A DNA stretch of 64,000 nt from the NCBI GenBank assembly GCA_040388415.1, contig JAZKBV010000003.1, positions 47,571 through 111,570 of the forward strand. Reading direction: 5' to 3'. A model generated the notes under the pieces. It had not been told where the DNA came from, did not search any database, and saw only the letters and a list, made by a program, of their open reading frames with translations. Source of the DNA: Patescibacteria group bacterium. Lineage in GTDB: Bacteria > Patescibacteriota > Minisyncoccia > Phycocordibacterales > PALSA-1337. The position numbers and the translations under genes were made by a program. How positions within the stretch are numbered: the stretch's first letter is position 1; each line of letters starts with the position of its first letter. Positions 47,637 through 57,127 of this stretch are shown here, in pieces.

Positions 47637-50195
47637 ATGTCTATTTTCAGCAAACTATTTGGGGGCGATCATACTGCATCGGTGAAGCGATTTGAGCCTA
47701 TGGTGGCCCAGATCAACGCTCTTGAACCTGTCATTCAAAAACTATCAGATACAGAGCTCAAAGAGAAAAGCTTTGGCTTTAGGAAGCGTCTCCAGGAAAC
47801 AAAAAATAGAGAAGAAGAAAATAAGATCCTCGAAGAAATCCTTCCCGAGGCTTTTGCACTTGTGCGCGAAGCGGGTCGTCGCACGCTCGGTCAGCGCCAT
47901 TTCGATGTGCAGCTTATCGGTGGTATGGTCCTCAACTCCGGTGGCATCGCTGAAATGCGTACCGGTGAAGGAAAGACGCTTGTCGCTACACTTCCTGCGT
48001 ATCTCAATGCGTTGTCAGGAAAGGGTGTGCATGTTGTCACAGTGAATGATTACCTTTCACGTCGTGACGCTGCGTGGATGGGTCAGATATATTACGCTCT
48101 CGGTTTGTCAGTAGCCGTCATCAACCACGAAAGCTCATTTGTATATGATCCTGCTCACACAACCAAAGAAGAAGATGAGAAAGAAGATGAGCTCGGTTCA
48201 TTCAAGATCGTTCATGAGTTCTTGCGCCCTGTCACACGCCGTGAGGCCTATGCTGCTGATATCACCTACGGTACGAACAACGAATTCGGCTTCGACTACC
48301 TCCGCGATAACCTCGAGTATGATCCTGCCAAGCTCCGCCAGCGCGAACCGAACTATGTTGTCGTGGATGAGATCGACTCTATTTTGATTGACGAAGCGCG
48401 TACACCACTCATCATCTCTGCACCTACTCGCGACGCTGAAAGTGTCTACAAGCAGTTTGCGTCGCTCACATCTTCATACAAGAAAGATGAAGATTTTACT
48501 GTTGATGAAAAGCGTAAAGCGATCCAGCTTCTCGGTCCAGGTATCGAAAAAGCTGAGAAGTCTCTCGGCATCACGAACCTTTATACAGATGCAGGTATCA
48601 AGTTCGTTCACCACCTCGAGACCGCCGTTCGCGCCAAGGCTCTCTACAGTAAGGATGTTGACTATGTGGTCAAGGATAATGAGATTGTGATCGTGGATAC
48701 ATTTACTGGTCGTCTCCAGCCGGGACGCCGTTGGTCAGAAGGTTTGCATCAGGCGATTGAAGCGAAAGAGGGCGTCAGTATTCAGCAAGAGTCACGCACT
48801 TATGCGTCGATCACCTTCCAAAACTTTTTCCGCATGTATCCAAAGCTTTCAGGTATGACAGGTACGGCATCGACTTCAAGCGAAGAATTTTTCAAAGTGT
48901 ATGGCCTTGCCGTCTATCAGGTTCCTACAAACAGGAAAGCGGTCCGTATCGACAGTCAAGATCAGATCTTCCAGACGGAGATCGGCAAGTTCAAGGCGAT
49001 CGCACGCAAGGTCAAAGAGCTTCATTCAAAAGGTCAGCCAGTTCTGATTGGTACGGTCTCTATCGAGAAAAACGAATTGCTCTCGCAGTTTTTGAAGAGC
49101 GAAGGCGTGCCTCATGAGATGCTCAATGCAAAGAACCATGAGCGCGAAGGTGAGATCGTCGCTCAGGCAGGTAAGAAGGGTGCAGTGACTATCGCTACCA
49201 ACATGGCGGGTCGCGGCGTTGACATCAAGCTCGGTGGCAACCCGAACACGCCTGTATTATATGAAGAGATAAAGACAGCAGGTGGACTCTTTGTTCTCGG
49301 TACTGAACGTCATGAAGCGCGTCGTATCGATGATCAGCTCCGTGGTCGTGCAGGACGTCAGGGTGATCCAGGTGAGACGCAGTTCTTCGTTTCTCTCGAG
49401 GATTCACTCATGCGCGTCTTTGCTTCTGATACGCTCAAGTCTATGATGGGTAAGCTCGGTGTCAAAGAAGATGAGCCGATCCAACACAGTATCATCTCAA
49501 AGTCTCTCGAAAATGCTCAAAAGAAGATCGAAGGATTCAACTTCGACTCGCGCAAGCATGTCTTGGAGTTTGATGATGTCATCAACAGTCAGCGTACGAG
49601 TATCTACAAGAAGCGTAGAGCATTGCTTCTTGGCTCAGTTGATGAAGTAGAAAAAGAATTGAATGAGATTTTGGGGGTGAATGATCAAGTATCAATAACC
49701 AATGACATAATAGCGACAAAGGAAATTGTCGATAAGAAAATAGCTGAATTCGGCCGCGAAGATTTCCTCAATGCTATTCGTATTGTTCTCCTACAAACGA
49801 TTGATATGTATTGGGTCGAGCACCTCGAAGTGATGGATTACACTCGTTCAAGTGTGAACCTACGTGCCTACGGTCAACGTGATCCGCTCATTGAATATAA
49901 GAAAGAAGGTTTAAGATTATTCCGCGAAATGAACACAGCTATCCGCGATCAATTCATCCGTATTCTGCCAAATATAGTTCCAGTCAATAAGAATGCTAAC
50001 AATCCAAATATAAAGGGCGTACAAGATGCCGAGTTCAAAGAGATTCACGAAAATGCCCAGGTGATCGGCGCTGGTGATGGTTCAAGTAAAGGCAACAACT
50101 CTCAAGTAAAAAGTGCTCCCGAGGTCGGAAGAAATGATCCTTGTCCATGCGGTTCAGGTAAGAAATACAAGAAGTGCCATGGGGTTGGTAAGTAA
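47637..50195 (+). CDS. secA: Preprotein translocase subunit SecA
   Basis: '[10 protein letters not shown]', '[18 protein letters not shown]', 'TNMAGRG.DI', C-terminal '[19 protein letters not shown]'. Confidence 0.98.
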   Translation: MSIFSKLFGGDHTASVKRFEPMVAQINALEPVIQKLSDTELKEKSFGFRKRLQETKNREEENKILEEILPEAFALVREAGRRTLGQRHFDVQLIGGMVLNSGGIAEMRTGEGKTLVATLPAYLNALSGKGVHVVTVNDYLSRRDAAWMGQIYYALGLSVAVINHESSFVYDPAHTTKEEDEKEDELGSFKIVHEFLRPVTRREAYAADITYGTNNEFGFDYLRDNLEYDPAKLRQREPNYVVVDEIDSILIDEARTPLIISAPTRDAESVYKQFASLTSSYKKDEDFTVDEKRKAIQLLGPGIEKAEKSLGITNLYTDAGIKFVHHLETAVRAKALYSKDVDYVVKDNEIVIVDTFTGRLQPGRRWSEGLHQAIEAKEGVSIQQESRTYASITFQNFFRMYPKLSGMTGTASTSSEEFFKVYGLAVYQVPTNRKAVRIDSQDQIFQTEIGKFKAIARKVKELHSKGQPVLIGTVSIEKNELLSQFLKSEGVPHEMLNAKNHEREGEIVAQAGKKGAVTIATNMAGRGVDIKLGGNPNTPVLYEEIKTAGGLFVLGTERHEARRIDDQLRGRAGRQGDPGETQFFVSLEDSLMRVFASDTLKSMMGKLGVKEDEPIQHSIISKSLENAQKKIEGFNFDSRKHVLEFDDVINSQRTSIYKKRRALLLGSVDEVEKELNEILGVNDQVSITNDIIATKEIVDKKIAEFGREDFLNAIRIVLLQTIDMYWVEHLEVMDYTRSSVNLRAYGQRDPLIEYKKEGLRLFREMNTAIRDQFIRILPNIVPVNKNANNPNIKGVQDAEFKEIHENAQVIGAGDGSSKGNNSQVKSAPEVGRNDPCPCGSGKKYKKCHGVGK

Positions 50196-50202
50196 ATCAA
50201 TC

Positions 50203-50685
50203 ATGAAGCCTCGCAAACTCCTCACTCTCTGTCTCATCGTCAAAGATCATCGAGTACTGCTCGGGATGAAAAAGCGAGGTTTCGGCGAAGGGCACTGGAA
50301 TGGCTTTGGTGGGAAAGTTGAACCAGGTGAAGAGATTGAGTCTGCGGCGAAAAGGGAAGTCTTTGAAGAAGCTGGAGTGACGCTCTCATCGGCTGAAAAG
50401 ACTGGCGTACTTAATTTCGAATTCGAGAGCGATCCAGAGAAGCTTTTGGAAGTTCATGTCTTTAGGTCCGATGTTTTTACTGGTGAACCGATTGAGACAG
50501 AAGAAATGAGACCGCAGTGGTTCGCTTTCGATGAGATACCATACGATAAAATGTGGTCAGATGATGCGTACTGGCTGCCTCTCTTGTTGAAAGGGAAAAA
50601 ATTTGAGGGATATTTTCTTTTTGATAAGCCTTCAAGTGCTACGTATCAGGCAAAGATAGTTAGGCAGGAACTTACAGTTAAATAA
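50203..50685 (+). CDS. NUDIX hydrolase, 8-oxo-dGTP diphosphatase (MTH1-like)
   Basis: 'KKRGFG.G.WNGFGGKVEPGE.IE.AA.REV.EE.G', 'EEMRPQWF', 'MW.DD.YW'. Confidence 0.92.
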   Translation: MKPRKLLTLCLIVKDHRVLLGMKKRGFGEGHWNGFGGKVEPGEEIESAAKREVFEEAGVTLSSAEKTGVLNFEFESDPEKLLEVHVFRSDVFTGEPIETEEMRPQWFAFDEIPYDKMWSDDAYWLPLLLKGKKFEGYFLFDKPSSATYQAKIVRQELTVK

Positions 50686-50686
50686 A

Positions 50687-50899
50687 ATGCTTAAACTTGG
50701 CGTATATAAACACTATAAAGGAAATGAGTACGAAGTGATTGGTTTTGCTAAGCATAGTGAAACTCTGGAAGACATCGTTATCTATCAAGCTCAATATGGA
50801 GACAAACAGACATGGGTTCGTCCGCTCAAGATGTTTACGGAAGTAGTCGAAGTGAACGGAAAGAAGGTGCCGAGATTTGCTTTCATTGGAGAAAAATAA
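50687..50899 (+). CDS. DUF1653 domain protein
   Basis: 'YKHYKG..Y.V...A.HSET.E..V.Y...YG....WVRP..MF...V.......RF'. Confidence 0.9.
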   Translation: MLKLGVYKHYKGNEYEVIGFAKHSETLEDIVIYQAQYGDKQTWVRPLKMFTEVVEVNGKKVPRFAFIGEK

Positions 50900-51111
50900 T
50901 GAAAAAGAAAATAGAAAAATTGAAGGGCACGCTTTCCGTCGAACATCTGCATCATTTTCGTTGCGGTGCATGCGACAAGTGGTGGTCAATCGGTGATCCT
51001 TCTATCGCTTTGCCAGGCAAACAGTCGGCCACGAAAAGAGAATGGTTTTGTCCTTGGTGTGGAGAGAAGAATATCTTTGGTGATGGAACGGAGATTAAGA
51101 GGGAGTTTTAG
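50899..51111 (+). CDS. Small zinc-ribbon hypothetical protein
   Basis: 'HFRCGAC.KWWSIGD...WFCPWCG'; start overlaps the previous stop. Confidence 0.75.
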   Translation: MKKKIEKLKGTLSVEHLHHFRCGACDKWWSIGDPSIALPGKQSATKREWFCPWCGEKNIFGDGTEIKREF

Positions 51112-51169
51112 GTAGAATGCCGCGTAAAACTTGAATAAAAGCCCAATTTATTGTACTATAGGTTCCCTA

Positions 51170-52189
51170 ATGGCATTCATCGACGAAATACAATTTCATG
51201 CGAAAGCAGGCCGTGGCGGAGACGGCGTTGTTCGTTGGCGCCATGAACGTGGAAAAGAGTTCTCTGGCGCGGCTGGCGGTAATGGTGGCAAAGGCGGTGA
51301 CATCTATGTTCGCGCTGTCCGCGATATCAATATTCTCGCACGCCACAAAGTCGTGAAGGAGTTCAAGTCACGCAGCGGCGATGAAGGTCAAAACTGGAGC
51401 CGTCAGGGAGCATCAGGCGAAGATTTCTATATCGAGCTTCCTATAGGCTCAGTCATCCGCAACCTTCAGACAGATCGTGTCGTTGAACTTGTCGAAGATG
51501 GTCAGGTCTCAAAGCTCCTTCATGGCGGTCGCGGCGGTGTCGGTAACGAGCATTTCAAAGCTTCAACGAACGTTACCCCTATGCAGTCGACTCCTGGCAT
51601 GCCCGGCGAAGAAGCTGACTTTGTCGTTGAGCTTAACCTCATTGCTGACGCTGGTCTCATCGGTCTCCCAAATGCGGGCAAGTCGAGTCTTTTGAATGCG
51701 CTCACTCGTGCCAATGCAAAAGTAGCGAGCTACGCCTTTACGACACTCGATCCAAACCTTGGCGCACTCGCCGGTGGATATGTCCTCGCTGATATTCCAG
51801 GTCTTATCGAAGGTGCGTCAGAAGGCAAAGGTCTCGGTCATAAGTTTTTGAAGCACGTGAAGCGCACCAAGATTCTCCTCCACCTCGTTTCTCTTGAAAA
51901 TAAAGCTCTCGTGGGCACCTATAAAACTGTCCGTAAGGAGCTTGAGAAGTACGGTCATGGACTCACAGATAAGAAGGAAATTTTGATATTAAGTAAGACT
52001 GATACAGTTACTGGTACACCTACTGAGATAGCAAAAAAGATCAAGGCCGCAAAAACTGCGCTCAAAAAGTACAATAAAAACATTTTGGAAGTCTCTATCC
52101 TCGATGATGCGTCGCTCAAGAAGCTCGCAGATCAGATCGTGGTGCTCATTCGTCAGCAACAGGCTGATGAAGCGAAGGTTACAGAGTAG
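51170..52189 (+). CDS. obgE: GTPase Obg/CgtA
   Basis: 'FIDE.....AG.GGDG', Gly-rich Obg fold, 'GLPNAGKSS', 'YAFTTL.PNLG', 'DIPGLIEGA'. Confidence 0.97.
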   Translation: MAFIDEIQFHAKAGRGGDGVVRWRHERGKEFSGAAGGNGGKGGDIYVRAVRDINILARHKVVKEFKSRSGDEGQNWSRQGASGEDFYIELPIGSVIRNLQTDRVVELVEDGQVSKLLHGGRGGVGNEHFKASTNVTPMQSTPGMPGEEADFVVELNLIADAGLIGLPNAGKSSLLNALTRANAKVASYAFTTLDPNLGALAGGYVLADIPGLIEGASEGKGLGHKFLKHVKRTKILLHLVSLENKALVGTYKTVRKELEKYGHGLTDKKEILILSKTDTVTGTPTEIAKKIKAAKTALKKYNKNILEVSILDDASLKKLADQIVVLIRQQQADEAKVTE

Positions 52190-52190
52190 T

Positions 52191-52219
52191 TTGCATTCTA
52201 GTCTTTTTGGCGCTACAGT
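52191..52219 (+). promoter_or_regulatory. Putative sigma70 promoter
   Basis: TTGCAT-17 nt-TACAGT. Confidence 0.5.
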
Positions 52220-52256
52220 TATATTTCAGAACAACCTCTTTTGAGAAAGGAACGCT

Positions 52257-52541
52257 ATGAACAAAGTAACCTATGGGCTGGATACTATTATCCAGCACTT
52301 TCCTGAAATGCTTGACCAAGCTAAAGCAGGGCATGTTGTTGTTTCAAAAATTGTCACAGCCAAGGGGATACTGGTTGCACGCGTCGTGCATTTTCCAAAT
52401 ATTTCCCTTTTTTCGCCGGATGACTATTTGAAAAGACAAGTTGAAGCCCTTTTGTTGCATGATTGTGTTGGTCAAATTCGAATCAAGCGTCGCGGAGCAC
52501 ACGGAATTTCGTTTGTTGGTCGACCGCTAATACGCCTTTAG
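52257..52541 (+). CDS. Hypothetical protein (orphan cassette)
   Basis: AAAGGA SD; 94 aa; followed by a terminator. Confidence 0.65.
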   Translation: MNKVTYGLDTIIQHFPEMLDQAKAGHVVVSKIVTAKGILVARVVHFPNISLFSPDDYLKRQVEALLLHDCVGQIRIKRRGAHGISFVGRPLIRL

Positions 52542-52547
52542 TCTCAC

Positions 52548-52572
52548 AGCGCCGGCATTATCGGCGCTTTTT
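52548..52572 (+). terminator. Intrinsic terminator
   Basis: AGCGCCGG-CATTA-TCGGCGCT-TTTT. Confidence 0.8.
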
Positions 52573-52575
52573 AAT

Positions 52576-53427
52576 TTAGCGAGAACTATATTTCTTCAAG
52601 ATATTTGTCGCCATAGTCTCATAGAATCTCGGTAACTCCTCCAAGAATTCGGTTGAAGTAAAACAAGTCATTTTCCGGGCATGTGATATCGACAGGCGAG
52701 AGTGTCTGAGGATCTTTCGGGCCACACGAGGGGAGACCGTTGTGTCGAATGCTTTTCTGTATTCACGAACAGATCTACCTTTGCCAATAGCTTGTTCAAG
52801 CCATAGGGTGACGAGGGTATGCTGACCCTTTTTCATATCTTCCGGCCAATCGAGAGCGTCATCTGAGAGTTGGCGTGCACCGATGAAGTGATAGAAGTAT
52901 TTCTGGCATAGCCTGATGTGTTTTAGCTCTACTTGCATTTTCATCATTAAAGCTAGCAGCGGCACAGACGCAGCCGCTGATTTTAATATATACGGTGATC
53001 TTATTGTTGTTGAGCACATTTTAGAATTTGCGCATTCCATCATGCCGATTTTTCCGATCAGCTTGTTTTTTAGTTTTTTATTTAGGCGCAAACTGTGAAT
53101 CATCTCATCGACCATCGGTCGCAGAGTGGAAAATATAGCTAAGCTATCATGTTCAAACTTTTTTTCATCTCGTATTTCATCAAGCGCTGTCCACGCGGTC
53201 CATGCAACGATTCCTATAGCTACGCACGTTTTGTAATCAAGGTCGTGCTTATTTTTATGGGCAAAATATTTTTGTTCAAATGAGTCGTACGCAAGCTTCG
53301 GTAACAATATGATCGCTCGAAAGCCTTTTTTCTTAATTGTGTCCTTAAGATGTATTTCAACGCACTTCCATTGTTTCTCTGTAATAATATATGAGCTATT
53401 TTTAATACGATGTATCTCTGCTTTCAC
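52576..53427 (-). CDS. Class I isoprenoid-synthase-fold protein, ComQ-like putative peptide prenyltransferase
   Basis: 283 aa, helical; Asp-rich motifs 'LDEIRDE' and 'RQLSDDALDWPED' with 'KSA' between them; start overlaps the kinase gene. Confidence 0.7.
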   Translation of the reverse strand: MKAEIHRIKNSSYIITEKQWKCVEIHLKDTIKKKGFRAIILLPKLAYDSFEQKYFAHKNKHDLDYKTCVAIGIVAWTAWTALDEIRDEKKFEHDSLAIFSTLRPMVDEMIHSLRLNKKLKNKLIGKIGMMECANSKMCSTTIRSPYILKSAAASVPLLALMMKMQVELKHIRLCQKYFYHFIGARQLSDDALDWPEDMKKGQHTLVTLWLEQAIGKGRSVREYRKAFDTTVSPRVARKILRHSRLSISHARKMTCFTSTEFLEELPRFYETMATNILKKYSSR

Positions 53428-54892
53428 GTGTTGGTAAAGTGATTATGATTGAAGTGCCAAAACCCTTTTTGCTGACGACGTCAATGGTGCCGCCAAGCTC
53501 GCTTGTGATGATGGAGTGCGTGTTCATCAAGCCGATTCCTGTGCCGTGAGATTTTGTCGTCTTTGGATGAGTAAATAATCTTTTGACATGTTCGTCATCC
53601 ATACCGCATCCATTGTCTGATATTGTTATGCGCACCGCATCATGTAGATGCTCACCGTCAATATGAATAGTCTTTTCTACCCCAGCATCTTTGATCGCCT
53701 CGGCTGAAGCGCATGCATCGATCGCATTTGAAAGCAGATTGATCAGCATGTATTGAATGCGTAACGGGTTCGCGTCGATAGTTATCGACTCGCTGATATT
53801 CATCACGATACGCACATTATTTCGCCGAGCATTATACGCTATAACATCGTATGCCATATGCACCTTTTTGTTCAGGTTTGAGCATTTGTTCTCATGAAGC
53901 TGTATAGGCGATATGAGATTGTGTGCGCTTTCCATGAATGAGTTCATCCGTTGCGATGCTTGGAGCGTCTTGTTGATCATTGCTCGAGTTGCATCTATTG
54001 AATATTTTTCTGGATTATTACCAACCTCCTCCATGTATAAACTCATCGAAGTAAGAGGGTTCATCAAGTCATGAATGATACCTCTGGCAAGCTCGCCGAC
54101 TTTCACGACACGATCCATTTCAGCTAGTCTTTTTCGTTGGCTGGCGATAAGCTCCTCCGTGCGCTCACTGACCTTCTGTTCGAGAGTGTTTCGTTCTTTT
54201 TGGAGCAGACACTCAGATATCCTTGCTCTCTGCAATGATCTGTCGATCTCTCTGTTTGAAAGCCAAACAATAAAGCTGATGAACAAAAACATGACCGAAT
54301 AGGTGATGACATCAGTTACGCTTATCTCGTCGAGACGCCAGTCAGGCACATTGAGATGGATTGCTTCGTGAACACCAAGCACTGACAGGCTCAAAATCAT
54401 AATTCCTGCAGTTATAAATCCAAACGTTGAATTTATCAGTACACTTGCAATAGCGATCACGAGCACGGTCAACAATAGTGTTTCAGGCAAACTCGCGCCC
54501 CATTGCCATCCTGTATATATCGTCCCAACTGCATTTATGAACAAAAGTAGGGCAGTGGAGATCCTCCAATAACCTTTCTTTGAAAGATAAAGTAGTGTTG
54601 CGTACAAAATGATGATAAACGTAAAAAGCACGGGGCTCATGCCAGCGTATGCTTCTACTGTCGCAGCATTCCAATAGAGCGTAGCGCCGAGGGTACTCAA
54701 TGCACAAAGTGAAATAACGAGGATGACGTTCAGTATATACTCACGACGTCTGTCATCTTCATTTTTGGACAGTGGCTGAAGCACTCTTTTGAATCCTTTT
54801 GAACATATTATCAAACACAATGTCGCACGAGCCATCCACGCTCGTGCGACCATACCCATTTTCTTTACTGCCTGTACAAGAAAATAAGACAT
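53402..54892 (-). CDS. Membrane sensor histidine kinase (HisKA-HATPase); true start probably a few codons downstream
   Basis: About 6 TM helices; H-box 'IIHDLMNPLT', N-box 'NLLSNAIDA', 'DNGCGM', 'TTK..GTGIGL'. Confidence 0.93.
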   Translation of the reverse strand: MSYFLVQAVKKMGMVARAWMARATLCLIICSKGFKRVLQPLSKNEDDRRREYILNVILVISLCALSTLGATLYWNAATVEAYAGMSPVLFTFIIILYATLLYLSKKGYWRISTALLLFINAVGTIYTGWQWGASLPETLLLTVLVIAIASVLINSTFGFITAGIMILSLSVLGVHEAIHLNVPDWRLDEISVTDVITYSVMFLFISFIVWLSNREIDRSLQRARISECLLQKERNTLEQKVSERTEELIASQRKRLAEMDRVVKVGELARGIIHDLMNPLTSMSLYMEEVGNNPEKYSIDATRAMINKTLQASQRMNSFMESAHNLISPIQLHENKCSNLNKKVHMAYDVIAYNARRNNVRIVMNISESITIDANPLRIQYMLINLLSNAIDACASAEAIKDAGVEKTIHIDGEHLHDAVRITISDNGCGMDDEHVKRLFTHPKTTKSHGTGIGLMNTHSIITSELGGTIDVVSKKGFGTSIIITLPTRESRDTSY

Positions 54893-54901
54893 GTGTATGT
54901 G

Positions 54902-55000
54902 TTAGCTATTCCAGGGAGCGTAAGCTCCACCGTTCTGTTGACCGAGGGTTCGGGTACCCTGGTCAGTAGGTCTGCGCATCATTGGTGGTTTTGTCATCAT
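54902..55000 (-). CDS. Putative peptide pheromone precursor (32 aa, MMTKPPMMRRPTDQGTRTLGQQNGGAYAPWNS)
   Basis: Short ORF between regulator and kinase; GG motif; Trp third from the C-terminus; own promoter/operator. Confidence 0.6.
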   Translation of the reverse strand: MMTKPPMMRRPTDQGTRTLGQQNGGAYAPWNS

Positions 55001-55035
55001 GTTAATAATAGTTATGTCGACACATAACTGGATAC

Positions 55036-55111
55036 AGCATAACAAGTCAAGATAAAGAACTGATAAAAAAGTCTTCAAAAAGCGATAAAGTTCTGATAAA
55101 GGATTGATGAA
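55036..55111 (-). promoter_or_regulatory. Promoter with OmpR/PhoB-type direct-repeat operator
   Basis: GATAAA at 55051, 55062, 55084 and 55095 and GATGAA at 55106 (11-bp phase); extended -10 TGtTATGCT at 55044-55036 on the minus strand. Confidence 0.65.
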
Positions 55112-55132
55112 TTTTTCCAAAGTCACCATCAG

Positions 55133-55828
55133 TTATTTTCTAAAGCGCGCCAGGTTCGCAGGAATATCCATCATGTACCCATGTCCCGGTACATTAGCTA
55201 TCAAATCTTTCTTTTTACCTGCGTTTATCTTTTTGCGTAAATTGCGGATGTGCGCCTCAACGGTATTTGAAAATGGGTCACTATCCGCTGTCCACACATG
55301 TTCCATAATAGTGCTTCTTGATAAAATAATACTTTGGTGCCTCATCATATACTCGAGTAGCGCAAATTCTTTCTTCGTTAAATGAATGTGTTTACCGCCT
55401 CGCTGTGCGCTATGGGAATTTGGCTCAAGGATCAAATCATCAATGATACGTTGATTACTTTGAACTGTGGGCGTACGACGAGCTACTGCCTTGATACGAG
55501 AACGCAGTTCGATGAATGAGAATGGTTTGACCATGTAATCGTCAGCTCCGCTATCAAGCGCCAGCACTTTTGTTTCTACTCCTCCGGTGACTGAGATAAA
55601 AATAATCGGCGTCATTTTTCCTGCACCTCGAATGTCGCTGCATACGGTCAATCCATTTTTTCCTGGCAAAGAATGATCGAGCAGGATGCAATCGTAATCA
55701 TAGTTTCTTCCGAGAAAAGATCCTTCATTCCCATTTGGCGCAATGTCGACGGCGTGAGTGTCAGCGCGAAGGCCAAGCGACAGGGCATCTGAGATGGAGG
55801 GATCGTCTTCAACAAGGAGAATTTTCAT
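55133..55828 (-). CDS. OmpR/PhoB-family response regulator
   Basis: 'ILLVEDD', 'ILLD..LPG..G', 'GADDY.VKPF', wHTH 'LT.KEF.LL', 'NTVEAHIRNLRKK', 'V.G.GY'. Confidence 0.95.
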   Translation of the reverse strand: MKILLVEDDPSISDALSLGLRADTHAVDIAPNGNEGSFLGRNYDYDCILLDHSLPGKNGLTVCSDIRGAGKMTPIIFISVTGGVETKVLALDSGADDYMVKPFSFIELRSRIKAVARRTPTVQSNQRIIDDLILEPNSHSAQRGGKHIHLTKKEFALLEYMMRHQSIILSRSTIMEHVWTADSDPFSNTVEAHIRNLRKKINAGKKKDLIANVPGHGYMMDIPANLARFRK

Positions 55829-55857
55829 GGCGATAGTATATCAGGAAATTATTTCGA

Positions 55858-55886
55858 TTGACAAATGTTCCTGTGGAATATATGTT
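55858..55886 (+). promoter_or_regulatory. Putative sigma70 promoter
   Basis: TTGACA-17 nt-TATGTT. Confidence 0.65.
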
Positions 55887-55899
55887 GATAAGGGAATTT

Positions 55900-56298
55900 A
55901 TGACAACTAAAAATAATCTTAAACCACATGTGAATGTGGGTCGGATCAGTCACCCGCGAGCTTCATTGTTCATCGGTCTGCTTACTGCAGGCATTGTGAC
56001 CTTTCGTCGTGAGCCATATCTTCGCGAAGTAAGTCTTACCTGTCTTGAAGACCTTCACTTATCTGGCAAGCCGCCAGGGCAATATGTCGAACAGCTTGTG
56101 CTCATCATACCCGATCCGGTAGATGAGCGTCAGCTCACGTCGATCATGGAGGCGCTTTCGGTCAAGTTGTTTCCAAGTTCATCACCAAGTGCTTCAGGTG
56201 AATCTTGGCCACCACCACTCAAAAAACGCGTGCCACTGAAGTATCTTCCTGGACACAAACATCGTGTCGCAATCCACTCATCCCGCGCTCGTCGATAA
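55900..56298 (+). CDS. Hypothetical protein (orphan cassette)
   Basis: ATG after AAGGGA; own promoter and terminator. Confidence 0.55.
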   Translation: MTTKNNLKPHVNVGRISHPRASLFIGLLTAGIVTFRREPYLREVSLTCLEDLHLSGKPPGQYVEQLVLIIPDPVDERQLTSIMEALSVKLFPSSSPSASGESWPPPLKKRVPLKYLPGHKHRVAIHSSRARR

Positions 56299-56324
56299 TG
56301 CCATTATCGACGGTGCGGTTTTTT
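56283..56324 (+). terminator. Intrinsic terminator
   Basis: CCGC..GTCGATAAT-GCC-ATTATCGAC..GCGG followed by a T-run. Confidence 0.75.
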
Positions 56325-56350
56325 ATTTGTATATGGTATAGAATATCCTC

Positions 56351-56602
56351 ATGACTCCCTTCAAAGAAAAAATCTTCAACATCGTCCGTAAAATTCCAAA
56401 AGGAAAAACAATGACTTACAAAGAAGTTGCCATCAAAGCTGGCAGACCTCAGGCTTTTCGTGCTGTCGGCAATATTTTGAATACGAACTATGACCCAAAG
56501 ATTCCTTGTCATCGTGTTGTTAGAAGCGATGGTAAAACTGGCGGATGGAACAGGGGGATGAAGCAGAAAGCTGAGTTACTCAAAAAAGAGAGGGGTAATT
56601 GA
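56351..56602 (+). CDS. MGMT family (O6-methylguanine-DNA methyltransferase DNA-binding domain) protein
   Basis: 'IPKG...TY..VA..AGRP.A.RAVG', active site 'IPCHRVV'. Confidence 0.9.
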   Translation: MTPFKEKIFNIVRKIPKGKTMTYKEVAIKAGRPQAFRAVGNILNTNYDPKIPCHRVVRSDGKTGGWNRGMKQKAELLKKERGN

Positions 56603-56637
56603 CTCGTTTTTGATTAAGTTGTAGTGTGTGTTTAGAT

Positions 56638-57063
56638 ATGAAAAAACTCATCACAATAGATACTGTTACGTATGACCTTTACATCAAAACATTCGGACTC
56701 GAAGCAAACGCTCGTCTCGTCGAACACCTAGGTGCGCAAGACTTCGAGAATTACGTGGTTAGTCGTCGGCTTGGCGGCAAACCAATCGAACTTGTCTCGA
56801 TCACGAAAGACAAGCTTGAAGATTTCATCGAAACCAATAAGCGCGGAATTGTCTTCAAGTTCGACACCTATATTGGCAAACGCGGTGAACGCGATGTGTT
56901 CCCAGTTGTGGTCAGCGTGCTCAATAATGACACGACGTTCAAATCGGCATTTCAACAAGCGATTGACGTTCGTCTCGTCGCCTTCAAATTGGCATCAAAA
57001 CCGCCCAGTCGTGTCAAAATGGTGCACAAAAGAAAACTCGCATACACAGGCTCTACGCCCTAG
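56638..57063 (+). CDS. Hypothetical protein (orphan cassette)
   Basis: TTGACT-17 nt-TAGTGT at 56599-56627 upstream; terminator downstream. Confidence 0.65.
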   Translation: MKKLITIDTVTYDLYIKTFGLEANARLVEHLGAQDFENYVVSRRLGGKPIELVSITKDKLEDFIETNKRGIVFKFDTYIGKRGERDVFPVVVSVLNNDTTFKSAFQQAIDVRLVAFKLASKPPSRVKMVHKRKLAYTGSTP

Positions 57064-57079
57064 TTGTTATTTCACTCAT

Positions 57080-57111
57080 GCCGTCATCCTTTGTTGGGTG
57101 GCGGCTTTTTT
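57080..57111 (+). terminator. Intrinsic terminator
   Basis: GCCGTCATCC...GGGTGGCGGC-TTTTTT. Confidence 0.8.
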
Positions 57112-57127
57112 ATGTTAAAATACCCCC

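Noticed and set aside
55001-55129. 75-aa N-terminally extended version of the peptide ORF
   Set aside because: The extension runs through the operator repeats and promoter; the ATG at 55000 (or a nearby downstream ATG) fits better.
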